From a virus, in the IMG/VR virus record IMGVR_UViG_3300027740_000183, positions 73,152-137,151 of that record: 64,000 nt of DNA; one strand, 5' to 3'. Shown here in pieces: positions 39,010 through 49,533 of the stretch; within the stretch, counting starts at the first letter, position 1, and the number at the start of each line of letters is the position of its first letter. The notes below the pieces were generated by a model that was given only the letters and a program-made list of their open reading frames with translations, was not told the origin of the DNA and searched no databases. A program made the position numbers and the translations under genes.

Positions 39010-39058
39010 TTTTGGATCTGCACACTTTATTAAACAGGGCAATGAAAGGTTTGTCCTG

Positions 39059-40610
39059 CCGTTATACAAATACCTAACAAAATCTATTGTTAAACATCTG
39101 TTTTGAAGCTGTGCAGAAATCAGTTGATTCCTCTACAGTAAGCTTCTGGCTGTGCGGTTCCAGCGCAGTGTTATTGGTCAAAAATCCTTGAGAACAGTCC
39201 TGGTTAGAATTTCTTCTACTCCAGTATAGCGCTTCAAGCATTTCCTTCACTTCTAATGTAGTATTACTTAGTGTTATTACTAAAGCAGTACCAACTTGTT
39301 TTGTCTTAGAACGTCTAAGCAAATTAACACCTCCTACCACATCAGCATGAATTGTTCTGCCGCAAGAGCGGCACTTAAACTTTATTCCTACACGGTTACG
39401 TCTATTTACATACCCACAACTAGGGCATATTTGAGACGTGTAAGCAGGATTTACTTTTTCTACAACAGCCTTAAAGGACAAAGCATTAATCAATGCGAGA
39501 TAACAGAATCTTTTCTGTCCTTTAGTACCAGAAAGATCTAAATCCTCTACTACAAAGGTAGTGTTAGGGTGGTTTTTAACTAATTTGTTAGCGGTATTAC
39601 CAATTATTGTTTTCAAGTAACCGGTTAAGTTTTCTTCTCTCGTAGTAACTCTACCACTATCTTCTGCTAAACCTTGTCGCTGCCTGTTGGATCTTATCTC
39701 TTTAATTTTGTTATATTTTTCGTTAAAAATAGGTTTGGTGTCTTTACCATACAAAGTACCTTCACTTGTGGCAGCTATTACATTTAAACCAACATCTATT
39801 CCTAAGTAGTCACAGTCTTCAGAAGGTTCTTGGATCTCCCACTCTTTCTTATCCACTACCTCGAAACGCCACACCCCTTTTCTAGTTTTTCGTGCTAAAA
39901 TACCTTTACTCACATCTTGTAATGATTTTACTAAAGGATTACTAGATAAAGGCAGTTGTATTCTACCAGCACCCGATTTAAGCCAAGAAAAAGCTAACCA
40001 ATTTTTGGTAATTTTTGTAGATTCCGCCTCCCTCATAATGCCTGTATTAATAGACATTCTCATTCCACATTTATTTGAAATAGTAGGCTTTTTACCGCTA
40101 ATGTTTTCGTCTAAGAGAAAACGCCAGTACAAATTCAAATGTTCTTGATTAATATTTTTGGTAGGAACTTGTACCGAGTACTTACCAATCGTGTACAGAA
40201 CTTTTGCAGTATCCTTACTAAAAACTCCCTTTTTTACTTGTTTACTAATGTACTTTTTAACCCGTTGATTGTACTTGTTGGAAGCCCAACCCATTACCTT
40301 AGATATAGCATGTTGCTGACAGTTCTTGACTATTTGACTGCTGAGAACTTCTGAGGTAGGGAAGAACAAACGTTTTTCTTTTAAAGAAACTGAAAACTTG
40401 TGGTTAGTTAAAAGAGTAGCCACACAACTTTGTAAGTAAGTTGTGTACTGATTTTGCAATAAATTTAGTTCTTCTACTTTACCCACGTTGGTTTCTGGTA
40501 ATAAGAAGAAAAAACGACTCTTTTTCATAACATTCTTTTACAACTATTTTAATACAGATTTTCCAGTTATTTGTAGATTTTGGTGGATTTTTAGTTAGCT
40601 GTTGGCTACC
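39059..40610 (-). mobile_element. Non-autonomous IS607-like element, copy 2
   Basis: GG-bounded; right end shared with copy 1; truncates the upstream ORF. Confidence 0.7.
39074..40528 (-). CDS. tnpB: TnpB RNA-guided nuclease (IS607-type), close paralog of 23852-25315
   Basis: Same D/E/D RuvC triad and Zn finger; highly similar sequence. Confidence 0.9.
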   Translation of the reverse strand: MKKSRFFFLLPETNVGKVEELNLLQNQYTTYLQSCVATLLTNHKFSVSLKEKRLFFPTSEVLSSQIVKNCQQHAISKVMGWASNKYNQRVKKYISKQVKKGVFSKDTAKVLYTIGKYSVQVPTKNINQEHLNLYWRFLLDENISGKKPTISNKCGMRMSINTGIMREAESTKITKNWLAFSWLKSGAGRIQLPLSSNPLVKSLQDVSKGILARKTRKGVWRFEVVDKKEWEIQEPSEDCDYLGIDVGLNVIAATSEGTLYGKDTKPIFNEKYNKIKEIRSNRQRQGLAEDSGRVTTREENLTGYLKTIIGNTANKLVKNHPNTTFVVEDLDLSGTKGQKRFCYLALINALSFKAVVEKVNPAYTSQICPSCGYVNRRNRVGIKFKCRSCGRTIHADVVGGVNLLRRSKTKQVGTALVITLSNTTLEVKEMLEALYWSRRNSNQDCSQGFLTNNTALEPHSQKLTVEESTDFCTASKQMFNNRFC

Positions 40611-40829
40611 CTTCCCAGTCATTCGTGTAAGTAAAAGAACCTTTTCCATATTTTTTAGCATACCACTCCATGTAGCCAAAAATAGAAAAGATTTTCCTCT
40701 AAATTTAAGATAAGGAGATTCGTAAGACTCAGTGTAACGTAAAAAATGCATACATAAATTATAGCTATCTTTAAAGTTAAGAAAAAACACTCGCGGTCTT
40801 ATTTCTGATAGCGTGTATAATTTACCCAT
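40609..40829 (-). pseudogene. Frameshifted phage gene truncated by the IS607-like element
   Basis: MGKLYTL...YLKFRGKSF, continuing in another frame as YMEWYAKKYGKGSFTYTNDWEG up to the element. Confidence 0.5.
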
Positions 40830-41003
40830 TACTTGAACTCTCTTTTATAGCAATATCGTGCAAAAAACAGGTAGTGTTATCAAGGTCTTGCTCTTCTATA
40901 TTATATCCTTGAGGATAACAATGATACCAGGTTCCAAAAATAGGATGCTTGGAGCGATACTGGCAACTTCGGCAACAGATATATTTTTCTTCCACATCCA
41001 TGG

Positions 41004-41920
41004 TTAAAACAAATCCTTCTTAATTTCTTTAACTTTTACAACACATAACTGATTTAAAACCTTGAAATTAATAATAGGATTTTTCCATTTCTTTAATATG
41101 GACCAAATCTCTTCATTAACAAAATCATGCCATACATATCCTAATAACATAGGTATCCATTGAGGTTTCCATCCACCTTTTTCTTCTAGCACACGTTGGT
41201 AGCACTTTTCTATCACATGCGAAGTTAAACAACTGTCCACAATCTCTTGCTCCACTCTTTTGTCCCCTTTCATTATCTTGGTGCCAAAAACTTTTTGGTT
41301 CTGCTCCTTAAATTCCGATCGCACAATCTTTGCCCAAGTCTGTCTACCATAACTGTTTTGGTACTTGTAGTTTTTTATAACGATGCCTTCACCTACACCC
41401 GCACCGTCTTTGACAAGGTAGTTGTTCTTCTCTAACTCGTTAACAAGATTTGCTTCGCTGGGATTTTGTATTATAGACTGCACAGGTACGTAGTCTATAC
41501 CAAATTCCTGTAGCAAAAACACATAATCGTTGTAACTAATAAGCCTCTCTGTTTCCTCATTATCATCACTTAAAGGTATAGAGACATCAAAAACATAAAA
41601 CCTATTCCAAGCGTTATCACGATAAGTAGTAAGTGTATGTGGTACTAAATATTCACCATACAATCTGTAGGAGGGGTATTTTTTAAAAAAATCTATAAAA
41701 CGTTTATCATTAGAAAATGTGGTATAAAAACCTCTATTGTCTTTTTCCTCAGAAAGAGTCCTTGTCCTTGACCCACAATACAAAGTACCATCATCATTTA
41801 TCCAGATAGAGCTATTGGTACCATCAATTTTTGGAAACACGTAACAAGTACCAATACGTATTCCATCGACTTCGTCGGAACCTAACTTCTCAACATGCTG
41901 ATATTTTTAAATGTAGGCAT
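41004..41920 (-). CDS. RNA ligase (Rnl2 family), 1-nt frameshift near N terminus
   Basis: KIDGTN, GSR, LYGE, FYVFD, EGIVIK, WAK. The N terminus MPTFK|KYQHVEKLG needs one extra A in the A5 run at ~41904-41908. Confidence 0.85.
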
Positions 41921-41984
41921 AAAAATCCTTTACCATTTTTTTGTAGTTTTTCTTTCCACCACTTTATGAAATTTTGTTAACACA

Positions 41985-42327
41985 GTGAAATCCTCCCCAC
42001 GACTGAAGATCGTGGGGCTACCTCGTTTAACCACTCATGGGTATCAAAACCCTTAACGATTGTCCACCATGCACTTGCTTCATTATAGTTAAGATCTTTA
42101 CCGGTTTTTTGTACCGATTCGATCTAAAGTTTAAAAACCAATTATAAGCGAAACGAGTACACCCGAAGATTGAGGACAGAGATTGCTCTTGATCCTCAGT
42201 GGGGTACCACCTGTACTTATAACCAATTTCTACTTCCATGATATTACTTTACAATTAATTTCTAAAGTTAATGGACGCGATTCAGCCCACAAGGATAAAG
42301 ACCTCGGGGTTTTCTCTCTACGGAGTT
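41985..42327 (-). mobile_element. IS605-family MITE with tnpB 5' fragment
   Basis: TTTAT target, left end AACTCCGTAGAGAGAAAACCCC...TGAATCGCGT, ORF YKYRWYPTEDQ..LSSIFGCTRFAYN, right end CCCCACGATCTTCAGTCGTGGGGAGGATTTCAC. Confidence 0.85.
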
Positions 42328-42478
42328 ATAAAGCACTTCAAAACTGTTTAAATACTTCTTGCAATGAGGAGCCACGGAGGCACCAACAACTTGCTCCCAA
42401 ACTTTGTAAAAAAGGACTGGGTAGTTGTTTGATTAGAAACACCTGAAATTAAAAACAAAGCAGTGAATAGTATGCGGG

Positions 42479-43093
42479 TCATTTAACTACACTCTCAAAT
42501 ACTTCCGCACCAACCTCTTCCATACTCTCACAGTCTACCTCAATTTTGATAATTTGTCCAATTAAATTATGAATTTTCCAGCTACTGACACTTTCATCCT
42601 GTTCTAATAATCGACAATAATTACACCATATTTTTCTTAAACTGTCTAAAGTTTCGAAACTAATAGTCTTTTCACCTCTCCTAGTTATTCTTTTTACAGC
42701 TTCTTCAGAATCCATGTCTAAATAGACAAGTTTATCTACAAAAACAGCATTACCTATAACTATATCAAAATAAAACAATTTTTCTACAAGGTCATACTGG
42801 TAAGCCAACGTGGATAGAAAATAGCGATCCACTAATACATAATCATACTTTTCCTTACATTCCACTATCTGTTTGTTGTGTATAGTACGATCTGCCATCA
42901 TTAAATAGAAAACTGTTGTGGAATCACATCCCTTCGACAGAGCTTCTCTACAACACGTACCTGTAAACTCTTTTGTAGGTGCTGGTAGTATAATGGAGGA
43001 TTTTCCTACACTTTTTAGCTTTGTGTGTAGGGAGGTTATAGCAGAAGACTTGCCAGCGCCATCTATGCCTTCAAAAACAATTATTTTGCCCAT
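42479..43093 (-). CDS. tmk: Thymidylate kinase
   Basis: IVFEGIDGAGKSS, ADR..H, LVDRY..ST.AYQ. Confidence 0.92.
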   Translation of the reverse strand: MGKIIVFEGIDGAGKSSAITSLHTKLKSVGKSSIILPAPTKEFTGTCCREALSKGCDSTTVFYLMMADRTIHNKQIVECKEKYDYVLVDRYFLSTLAYQYDLVEKLFYFDIVIGNAVFVDKLVYLDMDSEEAVKRITRRGEKTISFETLDSLRKIWCNYCRLLEQDESVSSWKIHNLIGQIIKIEVDCESMEEVGAEVFESVVK

Positions 43094-43213
43094 AGTTTTT
43101 CTCCTATATTAATTAATGATTTACAATTATTTGTCAGGAGCAATACCAATTTTACTACTACCTAAAAATTTAATATGCCTGGGCTATTTACTTACTGTAA
43201 GTAAATGTACTAC

Positions 43214-43662
43214 ATACCAGATATAGTGTTGCAAAAAATTTATTTTCAAAACTCAACTTGCTATAGCATCATATACAACCTGTAGTGGCTATGCCGAACC
43301 TGTGCTATATACCATATGTAGTATTATGGAAAGTCTACTCATAAGACTACCTCTATAATAATGACCATACACAACCTGTAGTGACTACACTTCATCTACA
43401 CTATATATGGTATACTCTATCATAACCATTAGCTACTCCTATCTACCCAAATAGAAGTAAAATAAGTAACCAAAATACAAAAAATACCAATTGGATTAAA
43501 TTGCTTGTGGTAGGGTAGTATACTACATACCATATATTGTGGTGTAGCGATCTGTTTTTAAAAATATATTTTTTTATGAAAAAATGACCATGTATACCAC
43601 CTGTAGTAAAAACAGCTTGCTATCGCTACATATGGTATAAGACTTTATACTACATGTAGATA
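43214..43662. repeat. Nine 16-bp NrdR-box-like palindromes
   Basis: Starts at 43214, 43273, 43309, 43369, 43398, 43527, 43594, 43623, 43647; e.g. ATACCAGATATAGTGT, ACACTATATATGGTAT, ATACCATATGTAGTAT. Confidence 0.65.
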
Positions 43663-44191
43663 AAAGTAGGATTAAACGACATTTAACAAAATAATTAATC
43701 GACTACCTACAAATATGCCCTTTTTAGCTAAAATATTATCAAAATTAATTAAAAACCTGCTAAAAAGTAATAATTATTTAATATTAAAACTATTGTTATT
43801 TGGGGGGAGAGAGGGAGAGGGGGGTCTGGATCTGGGTTAAAGAGATTAAAGAGATTAACGAATACTCGGTGAGCGTTAGCGAACCGAGATTCGGGATCAG
43901 TACCTATTAATTAATACCTAAAGAGATTAAAAGGAATTAATTAAAATTCATATTAATTAAATTAAAGATATTAAATTAATTTAATTAATTAGGGAGAGAT
44001 CTGTTTTGAATCAAAGACAATGATTTTTGATCAAAATTTAATGAATTAAAACTATTTTTGCTAAAGCAGTCCCGCCTCGTTATCACTCGGCGGGTACTTT
44101 TCGCTTTCAGCGATTTTTTAATTTAAAATCCCAAATTTTTATACCTTAAAAATCTATTACGTACCTACAGAAATTAATAAAGAAAAATCTT

Positions 44192-44201
44192 GTTATTTAA
44201 T
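44192..44201 (+). promoter_or_regulatory. Putative late promoter GTTATTTAAT
   Basis: Upstream of the first gene of the structural arm. Confidence 0.6.
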
Positions 44202-44323
44202 ATTACTAATACATTATTTTCAATATGTAGAAAATATGTATTTAAAACGTTAAAATTTCTAGAAACTTTAATAAAAATCCTCAGTAATTGCAAGTACTTA
44301 GGATTTAAAAATAGGAGAATAAG

Positions 44324-45142
44324 ATGAAAAATACTGATACAGCACGTATATTAGATAAATTTGCCACAAAATTACAAACTGGTGGCATTTCACACAGATC
44401 TGATATGCAAATTACTGATTATATTCCAATAGATAATAGAAAATGTAAAGTAGCTATTACTTATGACAATGGTTGTGGAATTCCTACAATAGATCAAATT
44501 GATAAGTTTATTGAAGCCACTTATAATGGTAAAATTCATGCACAGACAAATTCTGTACAACTACATGAAGCTGATAAAGCTTGTTCATTACTATGCACCC
44601 TTCATGCTAATTCAAGACCCCTATCAGATGCTTCCGCTATGAATAGAATGGCACAAGGTAGTTATCTTGATGACAACACAGGTACGGTATGGAATGTGGT
44701 CGACGATGGTTCTTCAAAATATCTGGTACGACAAGCTGATGAAAATATTGCAGATATTATTGAAACACGAAAAGCACGGGGTAGCAGATTCGATGCTAAA
44801 TTAGCTGTGCTAAAAACAGCTGCTCCAATAGTTAATGTAGGTGATCAAGTCAAATTCATGAGTACAGATAATCTCGTTCAGCTCGGTGAAGTGCTAAAAA
44901 TTAATGAAAATAGTGCTGTAATTAAAGCAAATGGGGTTGATAACAAAATTGATACCCATTCTATTATTCAAGTAGTTGAGCGTGCTCCAAAGAATCTACA
45001 GAACGAAAAGAACCTACTAGAGGATTATTTTGCTAAGGCTTATGGGTCTGAAGAGTTCGCTCGTGACCTTACTAAAGAAATCAGTACTGAGAAAGGTCTT
45101 GGATCAACTGTGCCTGATATGAAGAACATACAGAAAAAGTAA
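44324..45142 (+). CDS. Putative head-associated protein
   Basis: First gene of the late operon; AGGAG RBS; C-terminal SH3-like beta region. Confidence 0.5.
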   Translation: MKNTDTARILDKFATKLQTGGISHRSDMQITDYIPIDNRKCKVAITYDNGCGIPTIDQIDKFIEATYNGKIHAQTNSVQLHEADKACSLLCTLHANSRPLSDASAMNRMAQGSYLDDNTGTVWNVVDDGSSKYLVRQADENIADIIETRKARGSRFDAKLAVLKTAAPIVNVGDQVKFMSTDNLVQLGEVLKINENSAVIKANGVDNKIDTHSIIQVVERAPKNLQNEKNLLEDYFAKAYGSEEFARDLTKEISTEKGLGSTVPDMKNIQKK

Positions 45143-45145
45143 GTA

Positions 45146-45580
45146 ATGTCTCAGCTTCTTAACGAAAAAATGTCGGTTGATCCTAACAGTTTGACCGGCA
45201 TTAAAGTTAACACTTACGGTGGTCCCAATGTAACAATGAAACCCCGTAAAGTGGTTCGTCGTGTCGATAATATAGGTGAAGAAGGTAGCACTACAAGCGT
45301 AGATAAGATAAAAGAGGTGGTAAAAAAGTTAAAGAGATTGACCAAAAAATCTGCGGCAAGAGATTATAGAATATCGGAACTTAATGATTTAATGGAAAAT
45401 TCTTTAACTGTTGCCTTTTCTCAAGGTAATAGAAAGATTGATAATAATGAAATAAAAGTGCTAAAATATTTAGTTCAAGTAGGTCAATTTTTAGAAAAAA
45501 ACAGTAATTTGATTAAGTACAACAAAGATCTACAGCAAGCGGTAAAAGCACTTGCAGCTTCCTTACAAGGAAAAAGTTAG
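45146..45580 (+). CDS. Hypothetical virion protein
   Basis: In late operon; K-x-A motif (KKSAA). Confidence 0.45.
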   Translation: MSQLLNEKMSVDPNSLTGIKVNTYGGPNVTMKPRKVVRRVDNIGEEGSTTSVDKIKEVVKKLKRLTKKSAARDYRISELNDLMENSLTVAFSQGNRKIDNNEIKVLKYLVQVGQFLEKNSNLIKYNKDLQQAVKALAASLQGKS

Positions 45581-45593
45581 GAGTTATATTTAC

Positions 45594-46472
45594 ATGAAGA
45601 AAATATCCGCTTATCCAATGGAAAAATTTATAGAGGTGTCCAATCAGCTTGCCCAAATGGTTTCATTATTACCTGATAAGGCTAGAGAAAATGTAATAGT
45701 TCAAATAAACAAGACGCTAGCCAAGCCAGTTAATATAAAAGAATTGTTACCTCAAAAAACAGAAGGTAGTGTGAGAGCGAAAAGATTGGCACGAGTTATT
45801 GAACGTATTGAGAAGAGGGCAGGAGAGGATAAATCCGCTACTTGGTCACAAAAGTACCATCAGTTAACTTATTTTAGTTCGCGCAACACTGAAACAACGG
45901 TGGAGTGTAGTAATTTTGTAAAAGCCAAAAAGATAGTGTCTAATTCTGGTATACCTCAAATATTGAAAATTGTTGCCCGTACACAAAAAGTAGCCGATAA
46001 AAATACTTTAGAAAAGGCGTTGGAGATTGGAGATATGGTAGAAAAAGTTAAAAACATGTCTCCTAAGGAATTTGGAGAAGCAATTATTAAAGAATACAAT
46101 GATGATAAGAAGGATCCCCATAGCACAGGATACTTTTCTGCTATGAATCATTCCATTTATGATTATGCCAAACTAGAATTTGGTATTAGTAAAAAATCAT
46201 TATATAAATATTTAGAAGCTGCCGGTTATAGGAAAGAAGGTTCTTCCACACAAAAAGTAGCCGATAAGTGGGAATCAAAACCGCGTGGTTGGGATAAAGG
46301 TAGTATGGAAAAATATTGGAAATCCCTAACAGGTGATGTGGAGCATAAAGCAAGTAAATGTATAAAGCGAATGGAAGGTATAGTTGATGACCCAGGTGCT
46401 TTTTGTAGCTCTTTAAGAGACAAACTTGAAGGTGGTAAAAAATGGAGAGAAGAGAGAAAAAAGAGGGATTAA
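45594..46472 (+). CDS. Putative internal head protein, modular
   Basis: Repeated TQKVADK linkers; C-terminal module CIKRMEG.VDDPGAFCSSL; start probably MKKISA. Confidence 0.5.
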   Translation: MKKISAYPMEKFIEVSNQLAQMVSLLPDKARENVIVQINKTLAKPVNIKELLPQKTEGSVRAKRLARVIERIEKRAGEDKSATWSQKYHQLTYFSSRNTETTVECSNFVKAKKIVSNSGIPQILKIVARTQKVADKNTLEKALEIGDMVEKVKNMSPKEFGEAIIKEYNDDKKDPHSTGYFSAMNHSIYDYAKLEFGISKKSLYKYLEAAGYRKEGSSTQKVADKWESKPRGWDKGSMEKYWKSLTGDVEHKASKCIKRMEGIVDDPGAFCSSLRDKLEGGKKWREERKKRD

Positions 46473-46486
46473 TAGGAAAGAATACA

Positions 46487-46726
46487 ATGAATAAAAATAT
46501 AAGAAATAAATTACTTAAAGTAGCAGAAGACCTTAGCATTACACAAGAAAGCGATGAGGAATTATCAATTAAACGTGTAATTCGTGAATACAGAAATTCT
46601 TTAGAGCTTACAATGAGTAAACTTGTTGATTTGAAGAAAAAAATTAAAGAAGAGTTAGAGAGAAGAAATTATTTGGTTGAAAAAATTAAAGAAGAAAAGC
46701 AGAATCTAAAAGATTTGAGAAAATAA
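46487..46726 (+). CDS. Small coiled-coil protein with virion leader motif
   Basis: MNKNIRNKLLKVAEDL. Confidence 0.5.
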   Translation: MNKNIRNKLLKVAEDLSITQESDEELSIKRVIREYRNSLELTMSKLVDLKKKIKEELERRNYLVEKIKEEKQNLKDLRK

Positions 46727-46729
46727 AGT

Positions 46730-48118
46730 ATGAACCATACAAAAATAGCAGAACAATTAGTCAAAATTTCTAACAATGTAGCAGAAAGTAGAGGACTTGA
46801 TGCTGTAGCAAAAGGACTTGACCTTGTCGTTGCCTCTCTTGCTTCTACGTTATCCGTAAAGAATCTAACTTTTTGTTTTAATCTTATAGCTAAGGGTTTA
46901 GACGAAGCAAGAGAAGAAGGAGTACAAAATTTAGATAAAATAGCGGAAGGGTTAGATGATGTGTTTAGCTTAAATTTTACTCAAATAAATAAAGAAAAAG
47001 CAAAAATAGAAAAGATATGTGATAAAATAGCGGAAGGTTTGGACAAGGCAAGAAATACATTAAGTAAAGAATCTTGTGTTAAAAAAATAGCGCATACCGT
47101 AGAAGTAGAGAATCTTTCAGAAAGTCGTAAGAAGGAATTTAAAGATTCTTTGCGACAAGATCAAAAAAGAATGAAAGGCTATTATAGAGCAGGCGATAAA
47201 AGTACAGGCAGATGGTTATCTTGGACCAAAGTATTATATGAAGGAGAGAGGTACATGATTTATGATTTTGATGCTGACTCATCTAGTCCAGGAGGGGCAA
47301 GTGCTATTTTGTTAAATCCTGAATTTAAAAAATCTCTTAGATTTGTTCCACTAACAGAGTTAACCAGAGGATGGGGTAACAAAATAGGTAGTGTTAAAAA
47401 AGCAGATACTGGCAAAGAATATCTTATCGATTTGATGAATCAATCTTTATTTGCGGCAAGAAAAGCTGACAAAGAAGAAGAGTTTTATAACTTGTTTGAT
47501 AAATACAAATCTGACGGGTTACCTAACAAACAAGCCATACTAAAATCTGTTAAAGAGCTAAAGCTTGTATTACCATCTGTTGATAGGGATTATCCGGAGC
47601 TTCCGTTAAAAAGACCAGAAGAGGTACAAGAAGTGTTGCCTAAAGCTGCTGGTATAAAAAGTGCTATTAGTAAAAAACGAGAAGTTGAATTAAATAGACA
47701 AAATCGTATCAAAAAAGAGTATGAAAAGGCTAAGAAAGATTGGATCGCTCTTACAGAGGATCAGAAAAGTATGTTGAATAAGGGTAATGATTCTGTTATA
47801 GATTTAAGTGATAAAAGTGAAAGTTATAAACATATGCTTTATACTTATGCTTTTGATTTTTCTCCTACAACTTTCCAAAAATTAGCTTCTAAAAGTGGAA
47901 GTATTGAAGAAGAGATAGAGCAATTAAAAATAGACAAGAAATTGATACTAGAAAAATGGGATCAGTGTGTTAATACTTTAGATGACCTTTATAAACAACA
48001 AAAAACCTTAGAAGTTAAAATACAGGAACAAAACAAAGAAGGTAAAAGAATTTGGATGGAAGAGTACATTCCTATAGAAGAAAGGATAAGAGAATTGAAG
48101 AAAAAACTAGAGTACTAA
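46730..48118 (+). CDS. Putative internal head protein with IA(K/E)GLD repeats
   Basis: Four A(K/E)GLD repeats; KKIA/KKA/KSA linkers between modules. Confidence 0.55.
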   Translation: MNHTKIAEQLVKISNNVAESRGLDAVAKGLDLVVASLASTLSVKNLTFCFNLIAKGLDEAREEGVQNLDKIAEGLDDVFSLNFTQINKEKAKIEKICDKIAEGLDKARNTLSKESCVKKIAHTVEVENLSESRKKEFKDSLRQDQKRMKGYYRAGDKSTGRWLSWTKVLYEGERYMIYDFDADSSSPGGASAILLNPEFKKSLRFVPLTELTRGWGNKIGSVKKADTGKEYLIDLMNQSLFAARKADKEEEFYNLFDKYKSDGLPNKQAILKSVKELKLVLPSVDRDYPELPLKRPEEVQEVLPKAAGIKSAISKKREVELNRQNRIKKEYEKAKKDWIALTEDQKSMLNKGNDSVIDLSDKSESYKHMLYTYAFDFSPTTFQKLASKSGSIEEEIEQLKIDKKLILEKWDQCVNTLDDLYKQQKTLEVKIQEQNKEGKRIWMEEYIPIEERIRELKKKLEY

Positions 48119-48119
48119 A

Positions 48120-48842
48120 ATGTCAACCACTTGTCCAATTTGTGCGTTACCTAAAGCAAGAGTAAAAAAGATAAATGAAGTATATAAAGCGGGGCACCCA
48201 ATTGATGAAATTGGACTCGCTTATTCTTTAAGTATCGGGGATCTTACTACCCATTTTGAAACTTGCTCTTTAGTTCCGGAAAATAAAACCATAAAGTTTG
48301 TAGTAGGAAATAAAGATATTAAAGAAGAATTTTGTGCTAAGGATAAGTATAGTAAACTTATTGAAAATTTAGAAGAGGTATTAGCTAGAAGTTACCAAGG
48401 TATCTGTAGCTATAATGAAGATAAGGAAGCCGCTACCGAAGAATCTGGTGGTGACTACGACCTTCTATCTCCAGTATTCAAGTATGATAACATGCCTAAG
48501 CTACAAACTGCTTATGCTAAATTAGTGGATACATATACCAAAGTAATAAAAGATATAGAGAATCAAAAGAATGAAGAGGAAGTTATACAGGGATTGCTGG
48601 AGACAGTATTAAATCCACTGATGCAATCTATGGTTAAAATGATTATCGAGGAGCTGGACTCATTAAAGTCGGAGCTAGGAAAACATGGGGAACTTAATAT
48701 AGATTCTCAGCGCATGTTTACGGAATGCTTCAAAAAAATAGGCACTAAGACTAAAAATGATATGGAAGAAACAATAGATAAGCTTTATAAGTTTTACAAG
48801 ATAAGTAGAAAAGATGAGGAGATCAAAAAAGATGCGAAATAA
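48120..48842 (+). CDS. Zn-finger/HTH protein, candidate small terminase
   Basis: CPIC...HTH...HFETC followed by a helical oligomerisation-like region, upstream of terL. Confidence 0.45.
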   Translation: MSTTCPICALPKARVKKINEVYKAGHPIDEIGLAYSLSIGDLTTHFETCSLVPENKTIKFVVGNKDIKEEFCAKDKYSKLIENLEEVLARSYQGICSYNEDKEAATEESGGDYDLLSPVFKYDNMPKLQTAYAKLVDTYTKVIKDIENQKNEEEVIQGLLETVLNPLMQSMVKMIIEELDSLKSELGKHGELNIDSQRMFTECFKKIGTKTKNDMEETIDKLYKFYKISRKDEEIKKDAK

Positions 48843-49515
48843 TTTAAAACAAAGACTTGTAGCGGTTGCTGCCAACATAGAAAAGTTAGCAGAAGATTCC
48901 TTGGATTTAAAAAAAGCAATTTATGCGCTAACGAGCAATCTTACCCAATATGATATGAAAGTATCAGCTAGAGAAAGAAAAAGAGGGAGAGAAAATATAC
49001 ATCGTCTTCCTTTGTTGCTTAAAGCGGCAGATGAAGCAGCAGAAGGTGCTACTGACCTAGTTTCGTTTCGTAAAGGGATAGAGGATTCTTTTACCGAAGG
49101 CTTTCCTCCAGCAGTAAAAACAATGAAATTAATTGATGAAATGCTTAATAAAAAAGAAACTAATGCTAAAAAGGCAGATGTTACTGTTAATAACAATGAT
49201 GGATTACCAGAGTATTTTGATGCTATTTACAAAAGAAAAGTTGATATAAAAGGCAAAGGGCGTGTGGGTGTTTTTGATGCTACTGCTCCTTCGCATATCG
49301 GAGGAAGAGTAGTAAAAAGATTGTTTGAAGACTACAATTGGACTAAAGAAAATCATATTGCTGCGGCTTCTAAATACAGAAAGCAATTAGAAGAAATAAA
49401 AGGTCAATTGGAAAAGGCGGAAAATAAAGACGCTAAGCTTTCTTTATCTAACACAATTCATGCACTTACAGATCTAATTAATGCACATGTTGTAGCCTCT
49501 CATTTAGTAAAATAA
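48832..49515 (+). CDS. Putative internal head protein
   Basis: MRNNLKQRLVAVAANIEKLA leader. Confidence 0.5.
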   Translation: MRNNLKQRLVAVAANIEKLAEDSLDLKKAIYALTSNLTQYDMKVSARERKRGRENIHRLPLLLKAADEAAEGATDLVSFRKGIEDSFTEGFPPAVKTMKLIDEMLNKKETNAKKADVTVNNNDGLPEYFDAIYKRKVDIKGKGRVGVFDATAPSHIGGRVVKRLFEDYNWTKENHIAAASKYRKQLEEIKGQLEKAENKDAKLSLSNTIHALTDLINAHVVASHLVK

Positions 49516-49533
49516 TTTAATAAAGGACTAAAA

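Larger units (their letters stand above)
43094..44323. other. Putative replication origin / divergent control region
   Basis: 1.2-kb ORF-free gap at the gene-strand switch; palindromic repeats, purine tract, GAGCGTTAGCGA hairpin, AT-rich TTAATTAA zone. Confidence 0.6.
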
